A stretch of DNA of 64,000 nt from the NCBI GenBank assembly GCA_045107035.1, contig JBGCFS010000044.1, positions 7,622 through 71,621 of the forward strand, written 5' to 3'. Positions within the stretch are counted from its first letter, which is position 1; each line of letters opens with the position of its first letter. The DNA is from Hyphomicrobiales bacterium. Its GTDB lineage: Bacteria > Pseudomonadota > Alphaproteobacteria > Rhizobiales > GCA-2746425. Positions 19,351 to 29,863 of this stretch are shown in pieces. Position numbers and translations under genes: made by a program. The notes beneath the pieces were generated by a model. It was not told where the DNA came from. It ran no database searches and saw only the letters and a program-made list of their open reading frames with translations.

Positions 19351-20673
19351 ATGGCGTCTAATGTTTCACCAACCGGCCTTGCTAGGGAACTAGAAGCGCG
19401 GGCGGGAGAAGGCAGCCCCATTCGAATTGGGTTGATCGGCTGCGGTGAGATGGGGACCGACATTGTAACGCGGGCCTCTTTAATGTCTGGGATTGAGGTT
19501 GCTGCAATCTCTGACATTCGAACCGACAATGCCGTCAAAGCAGTCGATGTTGCATTCCAAGAACAGGGCCACTCCAAGACAGTCTCCTCGACAACAGAAC
19601 TCAATGCGGCGGTTGAAAATGGAAAAGTTGCCATTGTTGAGGACTCTCATCACCTGCTGGAAAGCGGCCTTGTGGATGTAGTCATCGAAGCCACGGGCCT
19701 ACCAGGCGTCGGCGCAGAGCTTGGCCTGGCAGCAATGGAACGCGGTAAGCACCTCGTCATGATGAATGTTGAGGCCGACGTAACGATTGGCGCATACCTA
19801 AAGAGTGAAGCCGACCGGCTCGGCGTGGTTTACACACTTGGCGCGGGCGATGAACCATCTTCCTGTATGGAACTCGTCGAATTTGTATCCGCTATGGGCC
19901 ACAAAATTGTTTGCGCGGGTAAGGGCAAAAACAATCCGCTCAATTTTGATGCCACACCCGATCAATATGAAGAAGAAGCCCAACGACGTAACATGAACTC
20001 CCGAATGCTGGTTGAGTTTGTAGATGGTTCAAAGACCATGGTTGAAATGGCAGCTATCGCAAATGCAACCGGATTGGTGCCCGATAAACCAGGTATGCAT
20101 GGCCCCGCAGCAACACGTGACGAATTGTCTAAGGTGCTGGTTCCTGAGGCTGATGGCGGTGTTTTGTCGGGAGTTGGGCGGGTCGACTATTCAGTCGGCA
20201 AAGGCGTTGCTCCCGGTGTTTTCGTCATCGCTGAGATGGGCCATCCCCGCGTTCGCGAACGCATGGAAGATCTCAAAATGGGCGAAGGTCCATATTTCAC
20301 ATTTATTCGCCCATATCACCTGACATCTTTGGAAGTGCCACTGACATGCGCACGTGCAGTTCTCAACAGCAAGGCCGATATGGTGCCACTCAATAAGCCC
20401 GTTGCGGAAGTTTGCGCTCTCGCAAAACGCGATTTGGTACCAGGTGAGACTCTGGATCAAATCGGCGAGTATTGCTACCGAGCTTGGGTAATGGAAGTTC
20501 AAGAAGCACGCACCAGCGGCGCTATTCCTTGCGGTCTGCTTGCTGGCGCTACAGCAACGACAGCCATCCGCAAAGGGGAGCTCATTACCTATGCCAATGC
20601 CAAACCGGCATCTGATTCAAAAATTGTCCAGCTCAGAACCCTTCAGGACCAAATGGTTCAAAACCTCGGCTGA
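19351..20673 (+). CDS. NAD(P)-dependent oxidoreductase, homoserine-dehydrogenase-like with C-terminal SAF domain
   Basis: Rossmann IGLIGCGEMG, VMMNVEADVTIG, DGSKTMVE, and SAF region AKRDLVPGETLDQIG. Confidence 0.8.
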   Translation: MASNVSPTGLARELEARAGEGSPIRIGLIGCGEMGTDIVTRASLMSGIEVAAISDIRTDNAVKAVDVAFQEQGHSKTVSSTTELNAAVENGKVAIVEDSHHLLESGLVDVVIEATGLPGVGAELGLAAMERGKHLVMMNVEADVTIGAYLKSEADRLGVVYTLGAGDEPSSCMELVEFVSAMGHKIVCAGKGKNNPLNFDATPDQYEEEAQRRNMNSRMLVEFVDGSKTMVEMAAIANATGLVPDKPGMHGPAATRDELSKVLVPEADGGVLSGVGRVDYSVGKGVAPGVFVIAEMGHPRVRERMEDLKMGEGPYFTFIRPYHLTSLEVPLTCARAVLNSKADMVPLNKPVAEVCALAKRDLVPGETLDQIGEYCYRAWVMEVQEARTSGAIPCGLLAGATATTAIRKGELITYANAKPASDSKIVQLRTLQDQMVQNLG

Positions 20674-20685
20674 CCGGAAGAATTC

Positions 20686-21696
20686 ATGTCAAAATTAGAA
20701 CAAGCAAACATACCGTTTGCAATCAAAAATTTTACTCCCGAAGAGCTGAGAGCAGCACTTCGAAAGATGTACCTCATTCGCAGATTTGAGGAAGGCGCTG
20801 AAGATTGTTACACACGCGGCCTTATCCATGGAACGATGCATTTATCGATCGGCCAAGAAGCCAGCGCTGTGGGCAGTTGCATGGCATTGGAACCCGATGA
20901 CCAAATCACATCGACACACAGGGGCCACGGCCACTGCGTTGCCAAAGGTGCAAAGGCATCAAAAATGTTTGCAGAGTTTTTTGGCAAGGAAACGGGCTAC
21001 TGCAAAGGCCGTGGTGGCTCAATGCACATCGCGGATTTTGAATCCGGCAATTTGGGAGCAAACGGCATTGTCGCTGGCGGTATTCCCATTGCTGTCGGTG
21101 CGGCGCTCACCTCCAAACGGCTCAAGACAAACAAAGTGATCCTCTGCTTCTTTGGTGATGGCGCCAACAATGAGGGTGCCTTTCACGAGTCGCTCAATAT
21201 GGCTTCAGTATGGAAACTGCCAGTCGTGTTTATCTGCGAAAACAATAAGTATGGCATGTCTACTTCTACAGAACGCTCAACGTCCGTTACCAACATCTCA
21301 CAGCGTGCCACGTCATATTCCATGCCAGGGGAAACTGTGGATGGGAACGACCTTTCGGCAATTAGTGAAGCTGTATCCAACGCTGTTGCTCGAGCACGAG
21401 CTGGAGATGGACCAAGCTTGGTAGAGTCCCTTACCTACCGCTGGCGCGGACATTCCAAATCAGATCGAAATCGGTATCGCACAAAAGAGGAAATTGCTGA
21501 GTGGATGGAGAAAGATCCAATTCTACGGCTCTCGACGCTTTTGCAGGAACACAAAATCGTATCCGAGCAAGACATCAAAGATATTGAAGCGAGTGTTGAT
21601 CAAGAAATTGCAGATGCCATTGAGTTTGCAAAATCCAGTCCTGATCCACTCACGACCGAAGTGACACGGGATGTCTACACCGAGGTTTCAGCATGA
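20686..21696 (+). CDS. TPP-dependent dehydrogenase E1 alpha (AcoA/PdhA-like)
   Basis: [26 protein letters not shown] motif GDGA...N, YRWRGHS. Confidence 0.92.
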   Translation: MSKLEQANIPFAIKNFTPEELRAALRKMYLIRRFEEGAEDCYTRGLIHGTMHLSIGQEASAVGSCMALEPDDQITSTHRGHGHCVAKGAKASKMFAEFFGKETGYCKGRGGSMHIADFESGNLGANGIVAGGIPIAVGAALTSKRLKTNKVILCFFGDGANNEGAFHESLNMASVWKLPVVFICENNKYGMSTSTERSTSVTNISQRATSYSMPGETVDGNDLSAISEAVSNAVARARAGDGPSLVESLTYRWRGHSKSDRNRYRTKEEIAEWMEKDPILRLSTLLQEHKIVSEQDIKDIEASVDQEIADAIEFAKSSPDPLTTEVTRDVYTEVSA

Positions 21697-22712
21697 ATAT
21701 GGAACCTAATCCTCAGGAGACTGCTCTTGTTGAAATGTCCTACGCCGAAGCCGTTCGTGACGCACTAGATATAGCGCTTTCCAGCGATGAACGCGTAATA
21801 TTGATGGGCGAAGATATCGGCGTTTATGGCGGTGCGTTTCAGGTCACTGGAGACCTGGTTCATAAATATGGTGAAGACCGTGTCATGGACACACCAATTT
21901 CAGAACTTGGCGGTGCCGGTGTTGCTGTTGGCGCGGCGCTCACAGGTCTTCGGCCAATTTTTGAGTTTCAGTTTTCTGATTTTGCTATGCTGGCAATGGA
22001 GCAAATTTGTAACCAGGCAGCTAAGCTCAGATATATGCTTGGTGGCGCTGTGTCTGTGCCTCTTGTTATGCGCTTTCCTGCCGGCTCAGGCACCGGTGCA
22101 GCCGCCCAACACAGCCAAAGCCTTGAAGCATGGCTTGCTCATGTTCCTGGCCTGAAAGTTATCCAGCCTGCTACTCCTCACGATGCCAAGGGCATGTTGT
22201 TGGCCGCCTTGGAAGACCCTGACCCTGTCATGATTTTCGAGCACAAAATTCTCTACAAATCTAAAGGGATGGTTCCAACAGGTCACTACACGGTACCAAT
22301 TGGAAGAGCCGAAGTTCGCCGTGAAGGGAACGACGTTACTATCGTTGCCAGTTCCATCATGGTTCACAAAGCACTGGATGCGGCAGATAAGCTGGCGGAA
22401 GAAGGCGTTTCAGCAGAAGTTATCGATCTTAAAACGATCCGGCCGATAGACAGGGAAACCATCTTTTCCAGTGTCCGAAAGACCTCACGGTTGGTCTGTG
22501 TTTATGAAGGCGTAAAGACACTTGGCATTGGCGCAGAAATCAGCGCTATGGTGGCTGAAAGCGAAGTGTTTGACTTTCTGGATGCACCTATATTGAGATT
22601 GGGCGGCTCTGAATCCCCTATCCCATACAATCCTAATCTGGAAAAGGCGGCAGTTCCTCAAACAGCTGAAATTGTTGAAAAAGTATCCCAATTGGTCAAA
22701 GGGAAAATATAG
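21693..22712 (+). CDS. TPP-dependent dehydrogenase E1 beta (AcoB/PdhB-like)
   Basis: [32 protein letters not shown]. Confidence 0.92.
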   Translation: MNMEPNPQETALVEMSYAEAVRDALDIALSSDERVILMGEDIGVYGGAFQVTGDLVHKYGEDRVMDTPISELGGAGVAVGAALTGLRPIFEFQFSDFAMLAMEQICNQAAKLRYMLGGAVSVPLVMRFPAGSGTGAAAQHSQSLEAWLAHVPGLKVIQPATPHDAKGMLLAALEDPDPVMIFEHKILYKSKGMVPTGHYTVPIGRAEVRREGNDVTIVASSIMVHKALDAADKLAEEGVSAEVIDLKTIRPIDRETIFSSVRKTSRLVCVYEGVKTLGIGAEISAMVAESEVFDFLDAPILRLGGSESPIPYNPNLEKAAVPQTAEIVEKVSQLVKGKI

Positions 22713-22714
22713 GC

Positions 22715-23986
22715 ATGCCAACTGAAGTCATCATGCCAAAAGTCGATATGGATATGGCATCCGGCACCATTGCAGCATGGCATCTGGAAGAAGGCCAAAA
22801 TGTTGAAAAGGGCGCACCGCTCTTTGATATCGAAACAGATAAAGCGACGATGGAAGTGGAAAGCCCTGCGACCGGCACTTTGCGCTTTGTGATTGCCAAC
22901 AAAGGTGCGGAAATTCCAATCGGCGATCCAGTGGGCTGGATTTTTGCGGAAGATGAGGCACTCGTTGAACCTGCCAGAGCAGCCAATGAAAGTGCATCGA
23001 GTTTGGTGGAAGACGCAAATTCCGACGCAAACGATGAAGCCCCTTCAATTGATGTGACATCGTCTGCAGCGAATGAAAGCAACGTTCGCGCCACACCGAT
23101 TGCAAGGCGCATTGCCACGTCAAAAAATATCTCTCTAATAGACATTGTTGGAACCGGACCACGTGGACGTATCACGCGCTCCGATGTTGAGAATGCTGTT
23201 CAAAACGCAGCAACAATTCCGACATCGTCTCTCCAAGAAACCTCGCAATCGGATGCAAAGAAAACGGCAGACAAATTTGGCGTTGAGTATATCGAAGTTC
23301 CGGTAGACCGGATGCGCGCCACAATTGCCGCGCGCCTCACCGAAAGCAAATCGACTGTCCCACACTTCTATCTGGATATGGACTGCCGAATTGATAAGCT
23401 ACTATCGTTTCGCTCAGAACTCAACGCAGCATTGGAAGGCACTGCTGCTCGGCGCATTTCGATCAATGATTTACTCGTCCGAGCTTGCGCGCTTACATTG
23501 GCTGCAGTTCCCGAAGCCAATGCATCTTGGGCCAATGATCGTATCCTTCAGTACAAAGATGCCAACGTGTCTATTGCTGTCGCGATTGATGGTGGCCTGA
23601 TGACTCCAGTCGTTAAGGGTGCTCAAAACAAAAGCATCCAGACTCTATCCAACGAAATTGCCGATCTTGCCACGCGGGCGAAATCTGGGAAGCTCGCAAA
23701 CAGCGAATACCAGGGCGGCTCGTTCTCGATCTCCAATCTTGGAATGTTCGGCGTTAAGTCTTTCAACGCAATCATCAACCCACCGGAGAGTATGATTTTG
23801 GCCGTTGGAGGAGCTGAGCAGCATTTTTATGTCGGAGAAACTGGAACTCCTGACCTTGGAACTAAACTTTCAGTTTGTCTGTCTTGCGACCATAGAGTTG
23901 TGGATGGTGCTGTTGGCGCAAAGTGGCTTAGCAAAGTCAAATCCTTGTTAGAAAACCCAATAGAATTGACGCTAGATCCGGTTTAG
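22715..23986 (+). CDS. Dihydrolipoamide acyltransferase E2 (one lipoyl domain)
   Basis: Lipoyl motif ETDKATME, peripheral-subunit-binding GTGPRGRIT, catalytic DHRVVDG. Confidence 0.92.
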   Translation: MPTEVIMPKVDMDMASGTIAAWHLEEGQNVEKGAPLFDIETDKATMEVESPATGTLRFVIANKGAEIPIGDPVGWIFAEDEALVEPARAANESASSLVEDANSDANDEAPSIDVTSSAANESNVRATPIARRIATSKNISLIDIVGTGPRGRITRSDVENAVQNAATIPTSSLQETSQSDAKKTADKFGVEYIEVPVDRMRATIAARLTESKSTVPHFYLDMDCRIDKLLSFRSELNAALEGTAARRISINDLLVRACALTLAAVPEANASWANDRILQYKDANVSIAVAIDGGLMTPVVKGAQNKSIQTLSNEIADLATRAKSGKLANSEYQGGSFSISNLGMFGVKSFNAIINPPESMILAVGGAEQHFYVGETGTPDLGTKLSVCLSCDHRVVDGAVGAKWLSKVKSLLENPIELTLDPV

Positions 23987-24074
23987 CTATTTACGCCAGC
24001 GCGCCAATTGGCTAGCGAAAGAGCAGATTTACATCAAAGAAGCTGGTGAGCTTTGCAAGGTACAACCATTTGCA

Positions 24075-25103
24075 TTGCGAACAGCACATGTAGTGGTGGA
24101 CAATTTGACTGGTAAACCAGATGAAAATCTGAGCGGCGACCTTTTGGTAGACACGCTTGACCCTGTGCAGGAACTTCGTGTTCGTGCTGCTTGGCTTTAT
24201 TATATCGAAGGTAAGAACCAACAAGAGACGGCGTCGGTTCTTGGTGTTAATCGGCTGCAGGTTACCCGGCTGCTTGCAGAAGCGCGCAAGCGTGGTGAGG
24301 TCAATATTCAAATAAATTCGAACATATTTGACATTGTAAAATCCCAACGGGCAATTGAGCGACGCTACAATGTTGGCAAAGTTATTATCGCGCCACGATC
24401 CGTTGCGAACTCTGATGCGACCAGATCAATCGCTTTGGCCGCGGGTAAATTCATTTCAGAATATGTTCAGTCAGATATGACGATTGGTGTGGGTTGGGGG
24501 CGTACTTTGCATGCGGCCCTGCCACACATTGAAGGCCGGGAGCTGGAAAATGTGCGGATCATTTCCCTGTTAGGCGGCATCGCACAGGCAAAGCGATTTA
24601 ATCCGGCAGAGTTTGCATGGCAATTCGCCGAACGTTTCAACGGAGAGGGTTATCTGGTTCCAGCGCCGGCTTTGGTCGATAGCGCTGAAACAAAACATGC
24701 TCTTCTGGAACATTGCGGCATCAATCAAATCTTTGACTTTGCGGACTCCATGGACGTCGCATTTGTCAGTGCTGGCGGTATCACCAAACTCAATACGTCC
24801 TACAGGCTTGGGCATGTTTCCGAAGCCGAGCGCAAAACGCTTATGGAAGCCGGGGCTGTGGGCGATCTGTTGTATAATTTCATTGATGCCAATGGCGATA
24901 TTGTTGATCATCCAGTAAATGAACGCGCCATATCAGTTGGTCTTGAGAAACTTAAAAAAGTCGATGACTGCGTTTTGATTTCCGGTGGTGAAGAAAAAAT
25001 CGCGGTCCTGCTGGGATGTTTGAAAATTCTCAACCCTTCTGTGTTCATAACTGACGAGATTACTGCACGCACGCTGCTGGAAGCTTCTGAAGATCAGGAC
25101 TAA
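24075..25103 (+). CDS. SorC/DeoR-type sugar-binding transcriptional regulator
   Basis: AAWLYYIEGKNQQE...VTRLLAEAR HTH; TIGVGWGRTL; sugar-binding domain GAVGD. Start codon uncertain. Confidence 0.88.
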   Translation: MRTAHVVVDNLTGKPDENLSGDLLVDTLDPVQELRVRAAWLYYIEGKNQQETASVLGVNRLQVTRLLAEARKRGEVNIQINSNIFDIVKSQRAIERRYNVGKVIIAPRSVANSDATRSIALAAGKFISEYVQSDMTIGVGWGRTLHAALPHIEGRELENVRIISLLGGIAQAKRFNPAEFAWQFAERFNGEGYLVPAPALVDSAETKHALLEHCGINQIFDFADSMDVAFVSAGGITKLNTSYRLGHVSEAERKTLMEAGAVGDLLYNFIDANGDIVDHPVNERAISVGLEKLKKVDDCVLISGGEEKIAVLLGCLKILNPSVFITDEITARTLLEASEDQD

Positions 25104-25186
25104 GGATCTACCTTTCAGATCAGTTGCACAAATGTGTGCCATAATTTTAGTACTTAAATGAACTGATTCGAATTTAAGAGGTTGGA

Positions 25187-25999
25187 ATGAGCAACAAAAG
25201 CAAACTCCTGGCAATTGCGGTCACGCTAACTTTCCTGTCAGCTCCGGCATTTGCTGCCAAATGCAGCAATTCAGGCAATGGTTTTAATGCCTTTAAGCGC
25301 GATATTGCCAAAGAAGCGAAAGCCGCCGGCATTGGCCGCCGTGGTTTAGATGTACTTGCACAGACGAAATATTCTTCAGGTGTCATCAAATATGACCGCA
25401 GCATCAATCGCAAACTCAAAAGCGCGAAGTCCAACTTCTCACGATTTTACGCTAAAAAAACGCAAGGCTTGTTGGGCCCCACTCGCAAACGTTTAAAGCG
25501 CCATGGAAAACTATTGCGGGCGATCGAAAAGCGATATGGCGTACAAAAGGAAGTCCTGGTTACGATCTGGGGTATGGAAACCGCCTTTGGCAGTTACACC
25601 GGCAAACATGATATCGTCACATCGCTTGCTTCACTTACCCATGACTGCAGGCGTTCAGGATTCTTCAAACCAAACCTTATGGCGGCTCTTATGATCATCG
25701 ATAAGGGCTGGTTACCAAAGAGCAAAATGCGTGGTGCTCGACATGGTGAAATTGGGCAAACCCAATTCATGGCAAAGAATTACGTAAAGTTTGGTGTAGA
25801 CTACGATCGTGACGGCCGTCGTGATCTGATTGGTTCCATTCCAGATGTGCTTGCCTCAACTGCCAACTACCTCAAGGCATATGGCTGGAGAGCTGGCAAA
25901 TCCTATGCGCCGGGAACACATAATTTTCGTGTTCTGAATGAGTGGAACGCGTCTTCTGCCTATCAAAAGTCGATAGCGAAGTTTGCGGCAACACTTTGA
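25187..25999 (+). CDS. Lytic murein transglycosylase (MltB/SLT_2 family)
   Basis: Signal peptide; IWGMETAFG, GEIGQTQFM, VDYDRDGRRDL, LASTANYL. Confidence 0.88.
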   Translation: MSNKSKLLAIAVTLTFLSAPAFAAKCSNSGNGFNAFKRDIAKEAKAAGIGRRGLDVLAQTKYSSGVIKYDRSINRKLKSAKSNFSRFYAKKTQGLLGPTRKRLKRHGKLLRAIEKRYGVQKEVLVTIWGMETAFGSYTGKHDIVTSLASLTHDCRRSGFFKPNLMAALMIIDKGWLPKSKMRGARHGEIGQTQFMAKNYVKFGVDYDRDGRRDLIGSIPDVLASTANYLKAYGWRAGKSYAPGTHNFRVLNEWNASSAYQKSIAKFAATL

Positions 26000-26020
26000 T
26001 CTGAGCTTAACGAATTCAAT

Positions 26021-26047
26021 GCCCGGCGAAACTTAAATTCGCCAGGC
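26021..26047 (+). terminator. Stem-loop after the transglycosylase gene
   Basis: GCCCGGCGAA-N7-TTCGCCAGGC inverted repeat 21 nt after the stop. Confidence 0.5.
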
Positions 26048-26302
26048 TCTCTTACACCAAATTTTCCAGAACCGAAAATGCAAACAAGAGACGTTTCCTC
26101 TTACTGATGACACCTTTGAGGTGAATCCATCTTTTTGCCTACGTGCAATTGTGCGCGCTGACTGTAGATAATGCGCTTTCATAGCGTGCAATCCAGCAAT
26201 CGATAGAGAGAGTTATCAATAGGCTTTGCGAAATTGCGCAACCTCGTGTAGCAACAGGTCCATCTTATTGCTGCAATGCGGCAAACATCATGGGAGCAGA
26301 TA

Positions 26303-26998
26303 ATGCGGAAAGTTTTTGGTTCGGCACAAGAGGCACTCGACGGCCTTTTGTTTGACGGCATGTTCATCGCCGCTGGAGGTTTTGGCCTCTGTGGTATTCC
26401 GGAACTCCTCATCTCAGCCATTCGCGATGCAGGCACAAAAGACCTGACCGTCGCCTCTAACAATGCTGGCGTAGATGATTTTGGGCTAGGCCTACTTCTA
26501 CAGACACGCCAGGTGAAAAAGATGATCTCATCCTATGTGGGCGAGAACGATACCTTTATGCAGCAATATCTGTCTGGTGAGTTGGAACTTGAATTTAACC
26601 CGCAAGGCACTTTGGCTGAGCGCATGCGAGCTGGCGGTGCTGGCATTCCCGGATTTTACACCAAAACTGGTGTTGGTACCGTGATTGCCGAAGGCAAAGA
26701 AGAAAAAGAATTTGATGGTCAGAAATACATTCTGGAACGTGGAATTGTAGCTGACATCGCCATCGTAAAAGCGTGGAAAGGCGATGAACAGGGTAACCTG
26801 ATTTACCGCAAAACCGCTCGTAACTTCAATCCGAATGCTGCCACGTGTGGCAAGGTATGCCTCGCCGAAGTGGAAGAGATTGTTCCTGTCGGTAGCCTTG
26901 ATCCTGACAGCATCCATACGCCTGGTATTTTTGTGCACCGCCTCATCAAAGGTGATCATGAAAAGCGGATTGAACAAAAAACCGTACGTGCGGCATAG
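26303..26998 (+). CDS. scoA: Succinyl-CoA:3-oxoacid CoA-transferase subunit A
   Basis: [36 protein letters not shown]. Start at ATG 26303 with GGGAG RBS. Confidence 0.92.
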   Translation: MRKVFGSAQEALDGLLFDGMFIAAGGFGLCGIPELLISAIRDAGTKDLTVASNNAGVDDFGLGLLLQTRQVKKMISSYVGENDTFMQQYLSGELELEFNPQGTLAERMRAGGAGIPGFYTKTGVGTVIAEGKEEKEFDGQKYILERGIVADIAIVKAWKGDEQGNLIYRKTARNFNPNAATCGKVCLAEVEEIVPVGSLDPDSIHTPGIFVHRLIKGDHEKRIEQKTVRAA

Positions 26999-27009
26999 GG
27001 AGACACATT

Positions 27010-27636
27010 ATGTGGGATCGCAATCAAATGGCTGCCTGCGCAGCACGTGAACTTGAAGATGGCATGTATGTAAACTTGGGCATTGGCATTCCAACGCTTG
27101 TGTCCAATTATATTCCAGAAGGCGTCGACGTAACGCTGCAATCAGAAAATGGCATGCTCGGCATGGGCCCCTTCCCCACGGAAGAGAATCTTGATGCCGA
27201 CTTGATCAATGCTGGCAAACAAACCATCACCGAATTGGATCGTACCAGCTATTTCTCATCTGCCGACAGCTTTGGCATGATCCGTGGTGGCAAGATCGAT
27301 ATGGCAATTCTTGGTGCCATGGAAGTTGCTGAAAACGGTGATCTGGCGAACTGGATGATCCCCGGCAAGCTGGTAAAAGGCATGGGTGGCGCTATGGATC
27401 TGGTAGCGGGCGTAAAGCGCGTTATCGTTGTAATGGACCACACTAACAAACGCGGTGAGACCAAGCTCCTGAAAGCCTGCACGCTCCCGCTGACCGGTCA
27501 ATCAGTTGTCGATCGCATCATCACCAATTTGGGTGTGTTTGATGTAGTCGAAGGTGGCCTGAAAATTGTTGAATTGGCCGATGGCGTGTCTGATAGCGAA
27601 GTGCGCGAAAAGACCGAAGCGACCATCTTGAACTAA
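27010..27636 (+). CDS. scoB: Succinyl-CoA:3-oxoacid CoA-transferase subunit B
   Basis: [11 protein letters not shown], catalytic [12 protein letters not shown]. Confidence 0.93.
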   Translation: MWDRNQMAACAARELEDGMYVNLGIGIPTLVSNYIPEGVDVTLQSENGMLGMGPFPTEENLDADLINAGKQTITELDRTSYFSSADSFGMIRGGKIDMAILGAMEVAENGDLANWMIPGKLVKGMGGAMDLVAGVKRVIVVMDHTNKRGETKLLKACTLPLTGQSVVDRIITNLGVFDVVEGGLKIVELADGVSDSEVREKTEATILN

Positions 27637-27812
27637 AGTCACTCAGCAACGGCCTTGAATGGTGATATCCAGCCCCACAGAAATCCGAGAAATATCTCTG
27701 GTTGCTGTGGGGCTTTCTTTTGTCCAGTTTTTGCTGAAAATGCGTTCATCGAAATTCAGAAACGCTGCGGTTCGGGTAGATGCATGACCCTGCAGATTTA
27801 GCGGAACATAAC

Positions 27813-28295
27813 ATGTCAAAAACCACTCTCCCAATTCTTGAACAACGCCGAATTGAGGCGAACATTATCAAACCGATTTATGATGAAATGGTCGCTCGTC
27901 TTGGGAAAGGAATTTCACAAGCCATTCTGAGTTCAGCCATAACAAAAGACTCAATTGCGCAAGGCAAAGCTTACTCGGAAAATTTAGAGGAAGAGGGCAA
28001 GCTTGAAGACTTTCATGGGCTGTTACCTCAATGGAAGGCCAACGGCGCCTTAGAAGTGGAGATACTTGAGGAAAATGAAGACCGTGTGCATTACAATGTG
28101 ACGCGTTGCAAATACGCAGAAATGTGCCGTGAAATGGGCCTTGCGGACATTGGTGGCATTCTTTCATGCGGCCGGGACGGCACATTTTGCACTGGCTTCA
28201 ACCCGAAGATAAAACTCGACCGGACGCAAACCATTATGCAGGGTGCTGGCCACTGCGACTTCCGTTATCGTTGGGAAGACAATAGCAAAAGCTAA
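27813..28295 (+). CDS. L-2-amino-thiazoline-4-carboxylate hydrolase-domain (ATC_hydrolase-like) protein
   Basis: LEQRRIEA N-terminus; VTRCKYAE, LSCGRD, RTQTIMQGAGHCDFRY. Alternative start at 27780. Confidence 0.7.
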   Translation: MSKTTLPILEQRRIEANIIKPIYDEMVARLGKGISQAILSSAITKDSIAQGKAYSENLEEEGKLEDFHGLLPQWKANGALEVEILEENEDRVHYNVTRCKYAEMCREMGLADIGGILSCGRDGTFCTGFNPKIKLDRTQTIMQGAGHCDFRYRWEDNSKS

Positions 28296-28301
28296 GCCAG
28301 C

Positions 28302-29456
28302 CTAGGGAGTTGCAACCAATGGCGCTGTCAGTGAATGCAGAAACTCCACAAGGTCGCTGCGCTCTTGGAGTGTTAAATTGAGTGGCTTCAAGATCAACTC
28401 CCCGTCTGCATGCAATCTTTCCAAATCAATGTTGGAATAGTGCAAAGCCACAGCCTCTAAAGACAGCAGGCTCCCGTTGTGCATGTAAGGTGCTGTGTTA
28501 GCCACATTGCGCAAACTCGGCACCCTAAACGTACCAAAATTCGAATGTTGCTCCCTCACTTGCTGCACCGCCCAGGCGCCCGATTTCTCAACATCATCTG
28601 TGTATTCGCCCGCCAATGTGAACGGACTTGACCGAATGGACTTGATACCATCGTGCCGGCCGCTATCCACTCGCCCAGGCTCTACGAAATAGGGAACGCC
28701 TGCATCATGAAACTCTCCGTTGGTAAATAGCGGTCCCGTGTGACAAAAACTGCAATTGCCTTTACCAACAAACAACTGAAGCCCGCGCTGCGCAGCTTCA
28801 GGATATGTTGCAGCCTGCGCCCAGTTTTGGGCCGCGAGCGCATCTCTAAACTGATCAAAATTGGAGCGCCCTGTTTCCAATGTTTCAACATAAGCAGCCA
28901 GTGCTTTGCCAACATTAACCAAGTTTTGCTCATTGCTATGCTCAGATGAAGCGCCAAAAATTCCGCTATAAGCCGAGCCAAAGGGCTCCTGCAGCAGAAA
29001 GGCGGATAAACCATTTTGCGTCATTGCCATTTCATTTACATGCACGACGGGCACCAAGCTTTGCGCCCACAGATTATCCGAACCACCACTCCACCCAAAC
29101 CAACGGTGATGACGCAAATTGAGAAGCCCTTGTGTATTCCGATCAAGCTGTTTGGTCCCAATTGCGCGCGGAAGGCCATCTGTGAAATCCCGCTCAGCTT
29201 GGTGACAGGAAGCACAACTGGTCTTTCCATTTGAAGAAAGCTCAACGCTAGAGAAAAACGCTTTTCCCAACGCGATGGCTTCAGCATTACCAGACATGTG
29301 ATTGCTTGGATCTGGTCGGACCTCAAGCGGCCAAGGACCATGTGAAAGTGCAGCCGCGATTTCATTTTCATCCAAAAGGAGTGACGCTGCGATTGATGAG
29401 GTTACCCAGTGGCTGAAACAACCCATTGCCACGAGTAAAGCACAAATAGACCTCAC
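28302..29456 (-). CDS. Periplasmic di-heme cytochrome c of the bCcP/MauG superfamily
   Basis: Two heme motifs CASCH and CSFCH; FGWSG, FRVPSLRNV, APYMHNG...AVALHY. GTG start at 29456 overlaps the upstream TGA and is followed by a signal-like sequence. Confidence 0.88.
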   Translation of the reverse strand: MRSICALLVAMGCFSHWVTSSIAASLLLDENEIAAALSHGPWPLEVRPDPSNHMSGNAEAIALGKAFFSSVELSSNGKTSCASCHQAERDFTDGLPRAIGTKQLDRNTQGLLNLRHHRWFGWSGGSDNLWAQSLVPVVHVNEMAMTQNGLSAFLLQEPFGSAYSGIFGASSEHSNEQNLVNVGKALAAYVETLETGRSNFDQFRDALAAQNWAQAATYPEAAQRGLQLFVGKGNCSFCHTGPLFTNGEFHDAGVPYFVEPGRVDSGRHDGIKSIRSSPFTLAGEYTDDVEKSGAWAVQQVREQHSNFGTFRVPSLRNVANTAPYMHNGSLLSLEAVALHYSNIDLERLHADGELILKPLNLTLQERSDLVEFLHSLTAPLVATP

Positions 29457-29863
29457 TGGACTGCAAGGTCCAATGTGTGTCGCTGCGGTGATTTTTCTGA
29501 GAGTACATCCACAATGACCTGCCATTCACCGGGCATGTGAAACAGCATTCCGCTTGCTTTATAACGCCCTTCATCCAAACGCGTGACGATTGGCCGATAG
29601 TTCATGCCATGTTTGTGTGCTGGCATAATAGCGTCCACATCAATGCCATCAATTTTCGTATCATCAACGCCACAAACAGCAAATTCCAGATCAAATCTTT
29701 GGCTGACTTTTATGCCTCTATCGGGTTTGCTAAGTGCAACTTTTAAGCCATCGGAGCTATGTACCATTGGTGACCAATCAGCGGAGAATTCACAGGCCTG
29801 AGCCAAACCCACAAAACTGATTGCAACAGCTGCGCCAGCTAAAAGGGTTTTCCAAATTCTCAT
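29453..29863 (-). CDS. YtkA/FixH-like periplasmic Met/His-rich protein
   Basis: Signal peptide; DAIMPAHKHGMNYRP and GMLFHMPGEW; overlaps both neighbours by 4 nt. Confidence 0.72.
   Translation of the reverse strand: MRIWKTLLAGAAVAISFVGLAQACEFSADWSPMVHSSDGLKVALSKPDRGIKVSQRFDLEFAVCGVDDTKIDGIDVDAIMPAHKHGMNYRPIVTRLDEGRYKASGMLFHMPGEWQVIVDVLSEKSPQRHTLDLAVQ

Noticed and set aside
20686-23986. Naming the E1/E2 genes pdhABC or acoABC
   Set aside because: Motifs do not discriminate substrate; the context (sugar ABC, SorC, SAF oxidoreductase, no E3) argues against housekeeping PDH.
28302-29456. Calling the di-heme gene mauG or ccpA
   Set aside because: No methylamine dehydrogenase genes nearby and no Trp199 equivalent; the Tyr at the axial position argues against a classical CcpA.
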